From Planctomycetales bacterium (lineage in GTDB: Bacteria; Planctomycetota; Phycisphaerae; SM23-33), in the NCBI GenBank assembly GCA_030631085.1, contig DAOVLV010000001.1:1-53407 (forward strand): DNA of 53,407 bases. The letters run 5' to 3'. Below the pieces are notes generated by a model. That model had not been told where the DNA came from and searched no databases. It was given only the letters and a program-made list of their open reading frames with translations. Below, piece after piece: positions 1-8,727 of the stretch (position 1 is its first letter; every line of letters starts with the position of its first letter). Made by a program: the position numbers and the translations under genes.

Positions 1-402
1 AACGCTGATAGCGTTCCCGACTACTGTAACGACCTCTGAACCTGCCGTGCCACCAGCAGTATATTCAATAGTAACATCTTCGCCAGTCGAGCCAGTGGCG
101 ACAGCCGTATAAAGAAGATAACCGTTCGCCACAACGCCCGTCTGGAGTATAGCGTACCAATCCGGGTCCTCCGGTATCTCATACTTGCCCGGCGGGATAG
201 AAACTAAAGCGCGATTGGTCGCCGAGAGAGCATTACCGCCGGGCGTCAAAGCCTTTGCAGCCGTGTAAGCGGCCAGAAGATTCGTCCCGTTGGCTACGTC
301 GGTTGCACCTCGCTGGACGATAACCATCGAATCGGGAGCGTAACCGATTTTGTCGGCAGTGACGGCCTCGTTGGGGATTGTTTTTCCGAAACTTTTAATC
401 AT
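1..402 (-). CDS. Phage structural protein (tail or fibre-like), C-terminus cut by window edge
   Basis: Own translation: ATG at 402-400 preceded by GAGGTGA. Reads MIKSFGKTIPNEAVTADKIGYAPDSMVIVQRGATDVANG... and stays open to position 1. Lies downstream of the head genes. Confidence 0.5.
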   Translation of the reverse strand, partial: MIKSFGKTIPNEAVTADKIGYAPDSMVIVQRGATDVANGTNLLAAYTAAKALTPGGNALSATNRALVSIPPGKYEIPEDPDWYAILQTGVVANGYLLYTAVATGSTGEDVTIEYTAGGTAGSEVVTVVGNAISV

Positions 403-410
403 GGCTCACC

Positions 411-731
411 TCACGAGAAAATTCGATAGACAACGCCTTCGCCGTTGGCGCCGACCTTGACATAGACCTTGGCCGCGTCGTCGATTTCGATTTCGACGCC
501 CTCGAAGTTGGTCGGCAGCAATGGCTTGTTCTGCCCCGCCGAGTCGCCGAGGAAGACCGGCTTGGTATTCCCGGCTACCCCGTTGGCGTCGCAGGGAGGG
601 CCGATCCAGACCGACCGGCATGGCGTAGGAACATCTACGAGCGGCTCGGCTGTCGCGGTATCCGCTACGATTTTGGTATCGCCGGGGAACGACTTGGCGG
701 GTGTGATTTCAACGCTGAAAATAGTAGCCAT
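411..731 (-). CDS. Hypothetical structural-module protein (106 aa)
   Basis: ORF track 411..770. Internal ATG at 731 (MATIFSVEITPAK...) sits after the hairpin at 761-779. Same strand and operon as the head genes. Confidence 0.55.
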   Translation of the reverse strand: MATIFSVEITPAKSFPGDTKIVADTATAEPLVDVPTPCRSVWIGPPCDANGVAGNTKPVFLGDSAGQNKPLLPTNFEGVEIEIDDAAKVYVKVGANGEGVVYRIFS

Positions 732-760
732 TTGTATGCTCCTGTTTTTTTTGCAATAAG

Positions 761-779
761 CCCCCCGCATTGCGGGGGG
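761..779. terminator. GC hairpin CCCCCCGC-ATT-GCGGGGGG (C5/G5 hairpin family)
   Basis: Perfect 8-bp stem read directly from the sequence. Sits between two minus-strand genes. Confidence 0.45.
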
Positions 780-793
780 ATTATTCTTCCCGT

Positions 794-1744
794 TTATCCC
801 CCAGCAGTGTTGGGGGTTTGTTGGTCAGTTTTCGGCGGTTCGGCGGCGCTCACCACAGGCGGCTGCGCCGCCGCCAGATGTTCCATCGCCTTTGTCAGGA
901 CATCGGCGGCGTCGGCCTTGACCATTTGCTCACGGTGTCTGGCGTTGGCTTCGTCGTGGCGGGCGGTGTCGGCGTCGGCCTTGTCCTTCCTTGACTGTTT
1001 GCCTTTTTTCGCCGCATACCCCACGCCGCCAAGGCCTAACACACCGAGAACCCAAGGCGTGTATTCTTTCGCCAGAGTAATCCACTCTTGGGCTTCTGAC
1101 TGAGCCTCGACAATTCCCTCGCGGAGTTTTTCAGATACTTCTCCCGCCGTCACCCGATCTGTGGAAATATCACCGGCTATCGCGTTGATCCGATCCGTCT
1201 GCGCCGTTATCGCGTCCACGACCGCCTGATCGGAGTCGGAAATCTGCTTATCGCCGGGGACGGGAATCTCTTGTGTGAACTCTGCGGTCATCTTGCTGAA
1301 TCCGACAATGGCCCCAACCCGCTGGACGATCTCGGCGGAGTTGATTTTCTTTTTGGTCCGGACAAGTTCGGCCAGGTCCGCCATTGCCGCCGCGGTGATC
1401 TCTCCGGCGCGTGCGTAGAGGTCCTTTTTGAGTTTCCAGGCGGCGATCTGTTGTTGTTTCGCTTCCCACGTCCCAGCAGCGGCTGCTATCAGCGGCCCCA
1501 CATCAACGGGGTGTTTCGGTTCCCCTGCGTAGGCTCTAGCCGGAGTGGTTGATTTTGCCAGTATGGTCGCCGCCGCTGAGCCGGGCGGAAAACCAACCCA
1601 AGCACCACCCTTGCCAAGATCGTCGGAGGCCTGGGCGGATTGCTTTTGTTCTTCGGTCGGTGCACGCCGAAGGCCGGAAATCTGCATATCGCATCCGGTC
1701 AGGCTCGCCAGCAGGCCGATGAGAGAGATAATCGTGCGTTTCAT
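794..1744 (-). CDS. Phage lipoprotein with a second, C-proximal TM segment
   Basis: N-terminus MKRTIISLIGLLASLTGC has a lipobox. Long helical middle, TM-like WVLGVLGLGGVGYAA, charged tail. ATGA overlap with the upstream gene. Confidence 0.7.
   Translation of the reverse strand: MKRTIISLIGLLASLTGCDMQISGLRRAPTEEQKQSAQASDDLGKGGAWVGFPPGSAAATILAKSTTPARAYAGEPKHPVDVGPLIAAAAGTWEAKQQQIAAWKLKKDLYARAGEITAAAMADLAELVRTKKKINSAEIVQRVGAIVGFSKMTAEFTQEIPVPGDKQISDSDQAVVDAITAQTDRINAIAGDISTDRVTAGEVSEKLREGIVEAQSEAQEWITLAKEYTPWVLGVLGLGGVGYAAKKGKQSRKDKADADTARHDEANARHREQMVKADAADVLTKAMEHLAAAQPPVVSAAEPPKTDQQTPNTAGG
808..826. terminator. C5/G5 hairpin overlapping the 3' end of the lipoprotein gene
   Basis: CCCCCAGCAGTGTTGGGGG. 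Encodes the final residues ..TPNTAGG of the 794..1744 product. Confidence 0.4.
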
Positions 1745-2034
1745 TTTGTGTCCTTTCCCGAAAGTTGCCCTTTGATTTCGTTGACGGATTCAAGAACTTC
1801 GTCCAGTTTTGTCTCGATGGTTTTCTGTTGTTCGGCTCTGATTTCGACTTCCGTTTTCGTGGCGGTGGCGGCGGTGCTGGTAGCGGCAATGCCAGCCGAA
1901 AGCATCAGGTGGCTGAAAATTAACGCGGCGAACATCGCCAGCAGTATCGTTACCAGTGTCCTGAGCGGAATCACGCGGGTTCCAGGACAGTCCGCACGCC
2001 TCTTGTCGCATTGTTCAACGGTTACATTAGCCAT
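1741..2034 (-). CDS. Type II membrane protein with coiled-coil tail (i-spanin-like topology)
   Basis: ATG at 2034 (MANVTVEQCDKRR..). One TM LVTILLAMFAALIFSHLMLSAGIAA, then EVEIRAEQQKTIETKLDEVLESVNEIKGQL. Confidence 0.55.
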   Translation of the reverse strand: MANVTVEQCDKRRADCPGTRVIPLRTLVTILLAMFAALIFSHLMLSAGIAATSTAATATKTEVEIRAEQQKTIETKLDEVLESVNEIKGQLSGKDTK

Positions 2035-2137
2035 AGGTCGCTCTTTTCCATAATCCGGCTTGCCGGACCGGCGGAGTCCATTCCACCGGCCCGGCCTCCG
2101 GAAGGCTTCTCGGACACGAGAAGAAGCCACGGATTTT

Positions 2138-2194
2138 TAGGCTTCAGGCTTTAGACTGTAGGCTTTAAGGACAGCCTACGGCCTGCAGCCTGTC
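2138..2194. repeat. Tandem heptamer array (AGGCTTY units) whose second half is the complement (AGCCTRC), so it can form a hairpin
   Basis: taggcttcaggctttagactgtaggctttaagg / acagcctacggcctgcagcctgtc, read directly. Confidence 0.7.
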
Positions 2195-2196
2195 AG

Positions 2197-2928
2197 TTAA
2201 GCCGAAGTTACCCAGATGCCGCGTTTCTCGACGCATCGCCAGATACCGGCGGCGGTCGTGCACACCAGGTGCAGGAAGTCGCCGCGAATGGATGTGGCCT
2301 TGGTCAGAAGCGCCGTCTTGGTAGCCGCGATTGTCAGGTTGCCCTGAATCGTCTCGTTACCGTTCAGGTCAACCGTAACCAGTGCACCGGCGTCGGCCAC
2401 GTCGTTGACGACGATCACTTCCATGCCGACAACGCCGACAGGCAGAGTAAGCGTCTTGCCGTCGGCGGTGATGTGAATGACCTTGCCGCTGTGAGTTGCG
2501 GCGACGAAGGTCAGGTCCACGGCGGTCATGATGTGTGCCCTGTGGGGCCAGACCGGAAGGTCCAGGTTGGGCACGTTCAGGCTGAAGAAGCAATCGGTGT
2601 CGGTCGCGGCCAGTGCCTGGTTCAGCGTGCCGACCCAGTAGTCGCCAGCGTTCGCATCGGTCGTGAACGCCCCGGTGCCCGCATCGCCATCGACCGGATC
2701 GCCGTCTTCGTCATAGTAGAGGTTATCGCCGGCGTTGCCGATTACGGCGGCGTTGCGGCCACGACAACTACCCGCAAATAACGGCGCGTGCTTGGCTCCG
2801 ATCCCTACGTTCTCGGCGACTATGCCGACGATACCGCCGATTCTGACCAGCGTTCCGCCACTGATAATGGCCCCGGTCGCATTGGTCATGTCGATATAAA
2901 CGCCATTTGAGTCCAATTCTGCTTTCAT
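2197..2928 (-). CDS. DUF2190-like (capsid decoration/cement-like) protein with C-terminal extension
   Basis: N-terminus ...TGAIISGGTLVRIGGIVGIVAENVGIG... resembles the DUF2190 glycine-rich beta pattern. Lies immediately downstream of the capsid gene. Confidence 0.45.
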   Translation of the reverse strand: MKAELDSNGVYIDMTNATGAIISGGTLVRIGGIVGIVAENVGIGAKHAPLFAGSCRGRNAAVIGNAGDNLYYDEDGDPVDGDAGTGAFTTDANAGDYWVGTLNQALAATDTDCFFSLNVPNLDLPVWPHRAHIMTAVDLTFVAATHSGKVIHITADGKTLTLPVGVVGMEVIVVNDVADAGALVTVDLNGNETIQGNLTIAATKTALLTKATSIRGDFLHLVCTTAAGIWRCVEKRGIWVTSA

Positions 2929-2956
2929 GGTTTTGTCCCTTTCAGTTCAGTGTTTT

Positions 2957-3019
2957 GTAATTCGTAATTCGTAATTTGTAATTCGTTACCAATTACCAGT
3001 TACCAGTTACCAATTACCG
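2957..3019. repeat. Tandem heptamer array (4x GTAATTY, then 5x RTTACCA)
   Basis: gtaattcgtaattcgtaatttgtaattcgttaccaattaccagttaccagttaccaattacc, located between the capsid stop and the next start codon. Confidence 0.8.
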
Positions 3020-3026
3020 ATTTTTA

Positions 3027-5285
3027 TCAGGCTGTATTTTTCTGTGCCGAACGGTATTCCAGCGCGGCGGCTCCGGCGTCGATGAAGATTTGCAGGATTA
3101 CCCCGCCTGCGACGTAGTCCGGGCCGGGGTTGAACCGCGTAACCGTCGGCTGCTGTTTGCTGTTCAGGAACGCCATGCCGATTGCGCCTTGGTTAGGTGC
3201 GCCCGTCAGGTACCAGGTAGTTGCGCTGGCGTTGGCGTGGAAGGCCGTATCGCTGAGACGGCCCTCGATCACAGGGGTAATCGTCTTGCGGTGGACGTTG
3301 GTGTCCCCTTCGGTGGTGTTGTCGCCGCCGCCGTAGCCGAACATTTGGGAACTGTTGAGCAGTTTCAGGCTGGTTCGCTCCAGTTCATCGGGGATCAGCA
3401 GAATCTTCGCGGGTCGGTTGATTCGACGCTTGCCGGCGTTTTTCTGCTGACGGTACTTCCGCTTGGCCGTCGAGAGGTTTTCGTCGTCCAGAGCATTGGA
3501 AGTATTGAGGTTGAGGTGACTGGCCGCATGGAACAGGGCCTTACCGTCCCGCATGGTCGGATTACGAAGCAGCTCGGTATAGGCCAGGTCGCCCAGAAGT
3601 TCCATCGCTTCCTCGCCCATCAGCCTGGCGGTATCGTTCATCAGGCCGAGCGCATCGTCGATGAAGTGCTTACGGGTAATTGCCAGCAACTCGGCATAAG
3701 TACCGATCGAGTAATACTCGCCTTCCTCGACCAGTTTGCCGTGCTTGATCTCGCCGGTGGCCCCGCTTACCTCTTTGAGTCGCCCGTTATGCGCCAACCT
3801 CACGCCGGTGTGTTGCTTAAAATCGCTGGCGGGCATGATCCGGCACCAGTCACGCCAGGTCTGGGCGGCGTTCTCGAATCCGGCCATGACGAACAGGTGA
3901 CCGGTATTGGAGAAAATCAGCGACAGATCGTTCGTGGTAAAGGCCGCCCGGAGCATTTCGTCCCGGTCGGAGGGAACGTCCCGGCGCGCCAGCATGAGAG
4001 CCGTGCGGGCCAGATCGACCATTGTGAGGTCACGGCAAGCCTCGTCGGCGCGGTTGGTAACCTCCTCGCCGTAGGTCCGAAGGATAGCGTCGTCTGCGAG
4101 GCCTTCTCTCATGCAGAGACCCGCCTCGACCATCTGGCGAGTCATCTCGCCGCCGCCGGTGTGGATGGCGGGGCCGGAGATGCTCGGACGATGCTCGCGG
4201 ACGTGCTTGAGGACCTCGGCCCTGGCCAGATCGACCGAAAGCCCGTCAGCGATGCAGCGGGTGATCACGTCGTCGGACACATCCGGTCCGGCGAGTTCGC
4301 GGATCGCGTCGCGCCTTACGGCATCCTCGGCGAGGAGTTCGGCGTTGGCCTCACGACCGGCCCGCTTCAGCATCGCCTTGGCGTCCTCGAAGTTGATCAC
4401 TTGCGGATCACCGGTGTTGCTCCGCTGGACATCGTCGGCGGGGGATTTGTCGGCGGGCGTCTTGTCCGGTTCGACGGGCGGGTCGCTGACCTTACTGCGT
4501 GCGATCTCGTCATCGTAATCTTTCTGCAACGCCGTTCGCTGCACCTCGTCGAGGTCTTCGGCCTTACCGAAGCCCCGTTCCATCAGCCATTCTTCAAAAG
4601 TTTTCATGTTGGATTCCTTTCCTTTTCGAGGCGTTCGGTTAGCCCCATTGTTTTGGTGTCTGTTAATCGCGTCGGGATCGTTTCCGATCGCGCAAATGCT
4701 TACTTCTCTCGGCCGCCACTTTGTGATAACGCGCATGGCCATGTCTTCGGGGGCGGTGTATGTCTGGCCCTGAATCGTCTTGGTTTTGCCGGGTTCTATG
4801 TCGATAGATCGCAGAATCTGTGCGCCGATGCTGTAATCGGTAAGGTGTCCTTCTTCGACCTTCGTGAAGGCCTCTTCGGCGTCGTGTACGGTGGAGTAGT
4901 GGATCGTGGCGGCGATTTTCTTGCCGGATCGCATAAGTCCGCGGCCCGAGCCAAGAACGCCCTTCTGACTGAAGCGTTCATGCGTGTCGAGTAGCGGTAC
5001 CTGTTTGGTCGGAACCATCCCGCTCGCCAGGAGTACACCGACGACTGTTCTGTACGTCCGGCGGTCCAGGTCTATCTGCGGATTTTCTGTGGCGATAATC
5101 GCTTCGACAGTGCGGGCCTCCCTGTTGAGCGTGCTGGGCTTCAGCGTTACGCTTGCGCGCAGGAGACAATCGGCCTTGTCGGGCAGTTCGGCCCTCTGGA
5201 TTACGTCGCCGACGAACTCGCGGACTCTACGCCGCAATGGTTTTGGGTTTCTTGTCGTCTTTGACTTCATCTTCGATTTCCTCAT
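3027..5285 (-). CDS. Prohead protease - scaffold-like linker - major capsid protein fusion
   Basis: N-terminal ~200 aa is HK97-type prohead-protease-like (PLLDTHERFSQKGVLGSG, HLTDYSIGAQI). Acidic helical middle. C-terminal ~310 aa is capsid-like (..GTYAELLAITRKHFIDDALG..). Start may be 5270. Confidence 0.75.
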   Translation of the reverse strand: MRKSKMKSKTTRNPKPLRRRVREFVGDVIQRAELPDKADCLLRASVTLKPSTLNREARTVEAIIATENPQIDLDRRTYRTVVGVLLASGMVPTKQVPLLDTHERFSQKGVLGSGRGLMRSGKKIAATIHYSTVHDAEEAFTKVEEGHLTDYSIGAQILRSIDIEPGKTKTIQGQTYTAPEDMAMRVITKWRPREVSICAIGNDPDAINRHQNNGANRTPRKGKESNMKTFEEWLMERGFGKAEDLDEVQRTALQKDYDDEIARSKVSDPPVEPDKTPADKSPADDVQRSNTGDPQVINFEDAKAMLKRAGREANAELLAEDAVRRDAIRELAGPDVSDDVITRCIADGLSVDLARAEVLKHVREHRPSISGPAIHTGGGEMTRQMVEAGLCMREGLADDAILRTYGEEVTNRADEACRDLTMVDLARTALMLARRDVPSDRDEMLRAAFTTNDLSLIFSNTGHLFVMAGFENAAQTWRDWCRIMPASDFKQHTGVRLAHNGRLKEVSGATGEIKHGKLVEEGEYYSIGTYAELLAITRKHFIDDALGLMNDTARLMGEEAMELLGDLAYTELLRNPTMRDGKALFHAASHLNLNTSNALDDENLSTAKRKYRQQKNAGKRRINRPAKILLIPDELERTSLKLLNSSQMFGYGGGDNTTEGDTNVHRKTITPVIEGRLSDTAFHANASATTWYLTGAPNQGAIGMAFLNSKQQPTVTRFNPGPDYVAGGVILQIFIDAGAAALEYRSAQKNTA

Positions 5286-6843
5286 CCCTGTCTTCGTTGG
5301 TGTGGATGGCTGGTTTTTTCGCCAGCGCCGCCGACGCTTCGTCCGCCGTCAGTCCGAGTTCTTCGGCCTTGCGTTTTCGCTCGGCGGCCAGTTCGAGTCT
5401 TTTCATTTTCACTTTGTTCTCTTTTTCCAGTTGCACTTCCCAATCCCGGCCACGCTCGGCGCATACGTCGATGTAGGTTTCCGAGCCGTTGTGCAGGCTC
5501 TCGGTGATGGCCTTTTGTTCCTTGACCGGATCGCCATGGACTGTCGGCATACGGAAGTACCACTCGGACGTGCGGATGATCTTCCTGACATCGAGGCGGT
5601 TGAGAGGGAAAAGCCACCGGTTGACCCGGCGGGCCTCGTTAAGCCACCGCCCAAAGACGGGCTTGAGTTTTCGGCGGGAATCCCGATTCCGAATCGTCAG
5701 CACGAACAGCAGAAACATCTGGTGATCCAGTCGTCCCGAAGCGAAGTTTTGACCTTTGCTGTCGGCGGCGGCGATGTTGTAAGGCATACCTATGGGTCGG
5801 CCCATTGAACTTTTCCGCTCGCGCATGTACTCGGCATAGGACACCGAGGGCTGTTTGGGATCGAATTGAAACGCGCCGTAACCGGCGGGCATGACCATTC
5901 CGGCATGTCGGGCAAGTTGGATTTCGTCCATCGCCTCCCAGTTCTTCGCATCATCGGCGTCCATCTCGCCGTTGAAAGCGCTGTTTGTCTGGATAACGAA
6001 CGAAATATCGGCGGCGGTCTCGGCGGCGCTCAGGACGGCCAGTGCGTACCGGCGGAGTCCGGCCATCTCCGTCAGGGCCGGGGTGAACCACGGATAGCCG
6101 CGATGCTGGCCCGGCTCGATGGGAACGAACGAGTGGACCATGTCGGCGGCTTCGACGGTCTCGGATTTGCCGTACATCTTCCATGATTTCGCCGACGTGT
6201 CTTTGGGGTGGCCTTTGGAGATGTGGTAACGGACCTTGCGGTTCCGTTCGTCGAATTCGATGCCGTCCTTAATCTTCGAATCGGTGATCCGGTTCCACGG
6301 CGTAGCGAGCCGTTCGGCGGCGATTGTCTGCAAACGGAATTTGACTTGTCCCGGATAATCATGGTCGGTTGTCCAGGTCAAAAAATCCTCGCCGGCCACG
6401 CACTGCTCGCGCACGCCCAGTGACATCAGATCGCCGATGCTGACATCCCGTTCGGCGAAGTCGCAGTCCTCGGCGAAGTCGGCGAATTCGGCCTCGATGA
6501 TCTTATCGAGTTCCGGATCGCCCGTGTGGACCTGAAGAGTCGGTCCGTTGCCGACGACAGCGGTAACGAGCGTGTCGATCATCCCCTTGGCGTTGCCGTT
6601 GTTGCGGGTCTCGTATCGCAGGCGGTCACGGACGACCGGCAGGTCTTCGCTCAATACCGCGCTGAGCGGGCGACCGTTGGCGTCGGTGAAATGTTTATCG
6701 GTAAGCCTGCCGGTCGCGGCGGCGTCGATGCCGGTACGTTCCATTTCGCTGAGCCGGGGCCGCCGGCGGACTTCGACGTGCAGGGGCCGAGAGTCCGCCC
6801 CGAGTATCGGCGAACGTCTGACTATCGGCATTACTTCGTTCAC
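5227..6843 (-). CDS. Portal protein, lambda (gpB) family
   Basis: 538 aa, positioned between gpW-like and protease-capsid. Sequence pattern typical of lambda-family portals. Acidic/Lys-rich C-tail. Confidence 0.8.
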   Translation of the reverse strand: MNEVMPIVRRSPILGADSRPLHVEVRRRPRLSEMERTGIDAAATGRLTDKHFTDANGRPLSAVLSEDLPVVRDRLRYETRNNGNAKGMIDTLVTAVVGNGPTLQVHTGDPELDKIIEAEFADFAEDCDFAERDVSIGDLMSLGVREQCVAGEDFLTWTTDHDYPGQVKFRLQTIAAERLATPWNRITDSKIKDGIEFDERNRKVRYHISKGHPKDTSAKSWKMYGKSETVEAADMVHSFVPIEPGQHRGYPWFTPALTEMAGLRRYALAVLSAAETAADISFVIQTNSAFNGEMDADDAKNWEAMDEIQLARHAGMVMPAGYGAFQFDPKQPSVSYAEYMRERKSSMGRPIGMPYNIAAADSKGQNFASGRLDHQMFLLFVLTIRNRDSRRKLKPVFGRWLNEARRVNRWLFPLNRLDVRKIIRTSEWYFRMPTVHGDPVKEQKAITESLHNGSETYIDVCAERGRDWEVQLEKENKVKMKRLELAAERKRKAEELGLTADEASAALAKKPAIHTNEDRDEEIEDEVKDDKKPKTIAA

Positions 6844-7049
6844 TTGGCGTCTCCATGCGCGAGCGGGACGAGCTTAAATCCCTGTCCGCCGGAACTTGCG
6901 GCCTGCTGCGCTTTGAGGTTTCCGACGGCCGCTATCATGCTGTCGAGCGAGTGATACGTAACCGTCCTGCCGTTCTCGACGACGGACTTGACGCCCGCTT
7001 CGATGGCGGCTTCAAGTGCGCTAATTTGCGATGAAACGCTCATGCTCAC
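6840..7049 (-). CDS. Head-to-tail joining protein, gpW-like
   Basis: 69 aa directly upstream of the portal with a 4-bp overlap. The ..ALEAAIEAG..ENGRTVTYHSLDSMIAAVGNLKAQ pattern aligns with lambda gpW. Confidence 0.65.
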   Translation of the reverse strand: MSMSVSSQISALEAAIEAGVKSVVENGRTVTYHSLDSMIAAVGNLKAQQAASSGGQGFKLVPLAHGDAK

Positions 7050-7069
7050 ATTCCCGTCCCCAAAGAAAA

Positions 7070-7107
7070 AGCCTCCCCCGACTCTGCTAGCAGTCAGAGG
7101 AGGCTTT
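7070..7107. terminator. Bidirectional intrinsic terminator upstream of the late (gpW-portal-capsid) operon
   Basis: AAAAA-GCCTCC...GGAGGC-TTTT, with the stem flanked by an A-run and a T-run. Confidence 0.6.
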
Positions 7108-7235
7108 TAAAAACTTCTGCACAAGTTCACGGCTGGCCGGCCGCGTTCCCTGGGGGCTATTCAGTTTTTCTTACCACACCTTGTTTTTCGTCCCGCCGGG
7201 GATTTATGGCAACAGAAAAATCCCGATTTTGTGAA

Positions 7236-7257
7236 AATCGTCTATATATAGACGATT
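7236..7257. promoter_or_regulatory. Perfect 22-bp AT-rich palindrome AATCGTCTATATATAGACGATT
   Basis: Self-complementary, checked by hand. Lies just downstream of the 7262 gene and upstream of the terminator and late genes. Confidence 0.5.
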
Positions 7258-7261
7258 ATTT

Positions 7262-7570
7262 TCATTCTGACCCCAAATTGTGGCTTGACTGCCACCTCTG
7301 GAGACCGTTCCCGGCCATCTCGACCGTCTCGCCGTGATCGGCCAGGACGTATGGTTCGTCGGCGCTGAAGTAGTGGACGGCTGCCTTGACGCGATCCACG
7401 TCGGTCTTTGGGATTTCATGCCGCCAGGCGGCTTTGAAATCTTTCGGATCGGCAACTCCGGCGAATACTTCGCGGAGTTCGCAGATCGGGAAGCCTCGAT
7501 ATTCATGCGAAGCCTCGTAAATTTCCTCGGCCTTGCTGGGCGCGGGCATTGAAACTGTCGATTTAACCAT
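7262..7570 (-). CDS. Hypothetical protein (102 aa)
   Basis: ORF track entry. Same strand as its neighbours. No recognisable motif. Confidence 0.5.
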   Translation of the reverse strand: MVKSTVSMPAPSKAEEIYEASHEYRGFPICELREVFAGVADPKDFKAAWRHEIPKTDVDRVKAAVHYFSADEPYVLADHGETVEMAGNGLQRWQSSHNLGSE

Positions 7571-7658
7571 TGCTCGAATTTCCTTTGAAAGATTGTTCGG
7601 GCCACGCCCCCGGCTGTGTCACCAGCGCGGGGGCCTTTTTTCGATTGCTAATTTCCAA

Positions 7659-7682
7659 CCCGTCAGGGCTGGCCGTGGCGAG
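7659..7682 (+). repeat. 24-mer CCCGTCAGGGCTGGCCGTGGCGAG, copy 1 of 4
   Basis: Exact match to the copies at 23652, 28161 and (reverse) 24289. Flanked by AATT-type heptamers. Confidence 0.9.
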
Positions 7683-7685
7683 TTG

Positions 7686-8024
7686 TCAATTTTCAATTCG
7701 TTCGTGCGTGTTCACAACCTTTCCGCAATGGCGGCAAACGCGACGACGGCGGATGAATCCATATTTTCTTTCGACCTTTGTGATCTCCCAGGGCCGACCG
7801 TCGGGTGCCCTCAGGTCCCGACAGCCGCATCGCGGACAGACAATCCCCGGTGGAACATCCGCCGTGGCGGACGGCGCTTCAATTTCCAAATGATCATCGC
7901 CTGCCTCGATGGTCTCGACGGCGGTTTTCAGCGTCGCCTTCCGGCGCGTAGTCTTCTTACGAGTCGTTTTCTTCTTTTTTCGGGTTCCGGTCTTCCCGTC
8001 AACGGTCTTTGTTTTTCTTGCCAT
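7686..8024 (-). CDS. Zinc-ribbon protein with Lys-rich N-terminus (Ogr/Delta-like late-regulator candidate)
   Basis: CPRCGC...x..CRHCG four-Cys ribbon. N-terminus KTGTRKKKKTTRKKTTRRK. Confidence 0.5.
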   Translation of the reverse strand: MARKTKTVDGKTGTRKKKKTTRKKTTRRKATLKTAVETIEAGDDHLEIEAPSATADVPPGIVCPRCGCRDLRAPDGRPWEITKVERKYGFIRRRRVCRHCGKVVNTHERIEN

Positions 8025-8727
8025 CCGTGGCGTCCTTCTTTTTCTTTTTACCCTTCGTGGTCTTTGCGGGCTTTGTGGTTCCGGTTTTGGTTTTCCGTTT
8101 CCGTTGCCTTCTCAGTCGTTTGACCTCCTCGGCAGCCAGGCGGATCAGGTCGGAGTCCGTATCGTTCACGTCGTCGGAAAGTTTCAGCGGCTCGATGTAT
8201 GCCTCGATCGCGCCGACCAGGTCGGAGAGTTCGGCGATCTCAATCTCCCGTCTTCGCTCCGCTTCGTCGTGGCTGTCGCCCTCGCCGTTGTCATCCGGAC
8301 TTGTCACGGCGTAGCCTGTTGGCGAAGCCGGATACAGATCGAGCAGTTTGTTAATCTCGCGCTGTGCGATGATTGCGGTCTTGGTGTCCTGGACGCTGAC
8401 GGCCCGCTGGTAACATTCATGAAGCCTCGTCAGGGCGAGGCCCAGTTCGTGATCGCGGTGGTAGTCGGCTGCCCTGGTCAGTTTGGTCTTGGCCGCGTCG
8501 ATTGCCGCATCCACGTCGGCAGGGTCGATGTTCAGTTTGTTCAGGCAGGCGCCGACGATGGACGCCCGGTCCTGAATGTTGCACAGCAACTTGACGATCT
8601 TGTCGATAACGTCAGGGCTCGCCGCGGGCGGATCCGCCGGCATCTCCGTGGGATTATCCCCCGGCAGTGCCGGTCTTCGACCCTGAGGCTCAGACCCGCT
8701 GGGGGGCTTGTTTATTTTGTCAGGCAT
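7999..8727 (-). CDS. Hypothetical helical protein with Lys-rich C-tail
   Basis: ORF 7999..9063 trimmed to the ATG at 8727 (MPDKINKPP..), because the upstream part overlaps the PLD gene. Confidence 0.5.
   Translation of the reverse strand: MPDKINKPPSGSEPQGRRPALPGDNPTEMPADPPAASPDVIDKIVKLLCNIQDRASIVGACLNKLNIDPADVDAAIDAAKTKLTRAADYHRDHELGLALTRLHECYQRAVSVQDTKTAIIAQREINKLLDLYPASPTGYAVTSPDDNGEGDSHDEAERRREIEIAELSDLVGAIEAYIEPLKLSDDVNDTDSDLIRLAAEEVKRLRRQRKRKTKTGTTKPAKTTKGKKKKKDATDGKKNKDR

Noticed and set aside
3090-4994. 634-aa plus-strand ORF, and many other long antisense ORFs in the track (e.g. 10076..11011, 10825..11880, 23118..23993, 27907..28950, 33471..34601)
   Set aside because: They lie antisense to genes with clear motifs in high-GC DNA, have Arg/Gly/Pro-rich low-complexity products and no motifs. 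This is typical GC-driven shadow-ORF behaviour.
7999-8727. Small terminase subunit
   Set aside because: The position (downstream of the large terminase, after two morons) and sequence give no support. Left as hypothetical.
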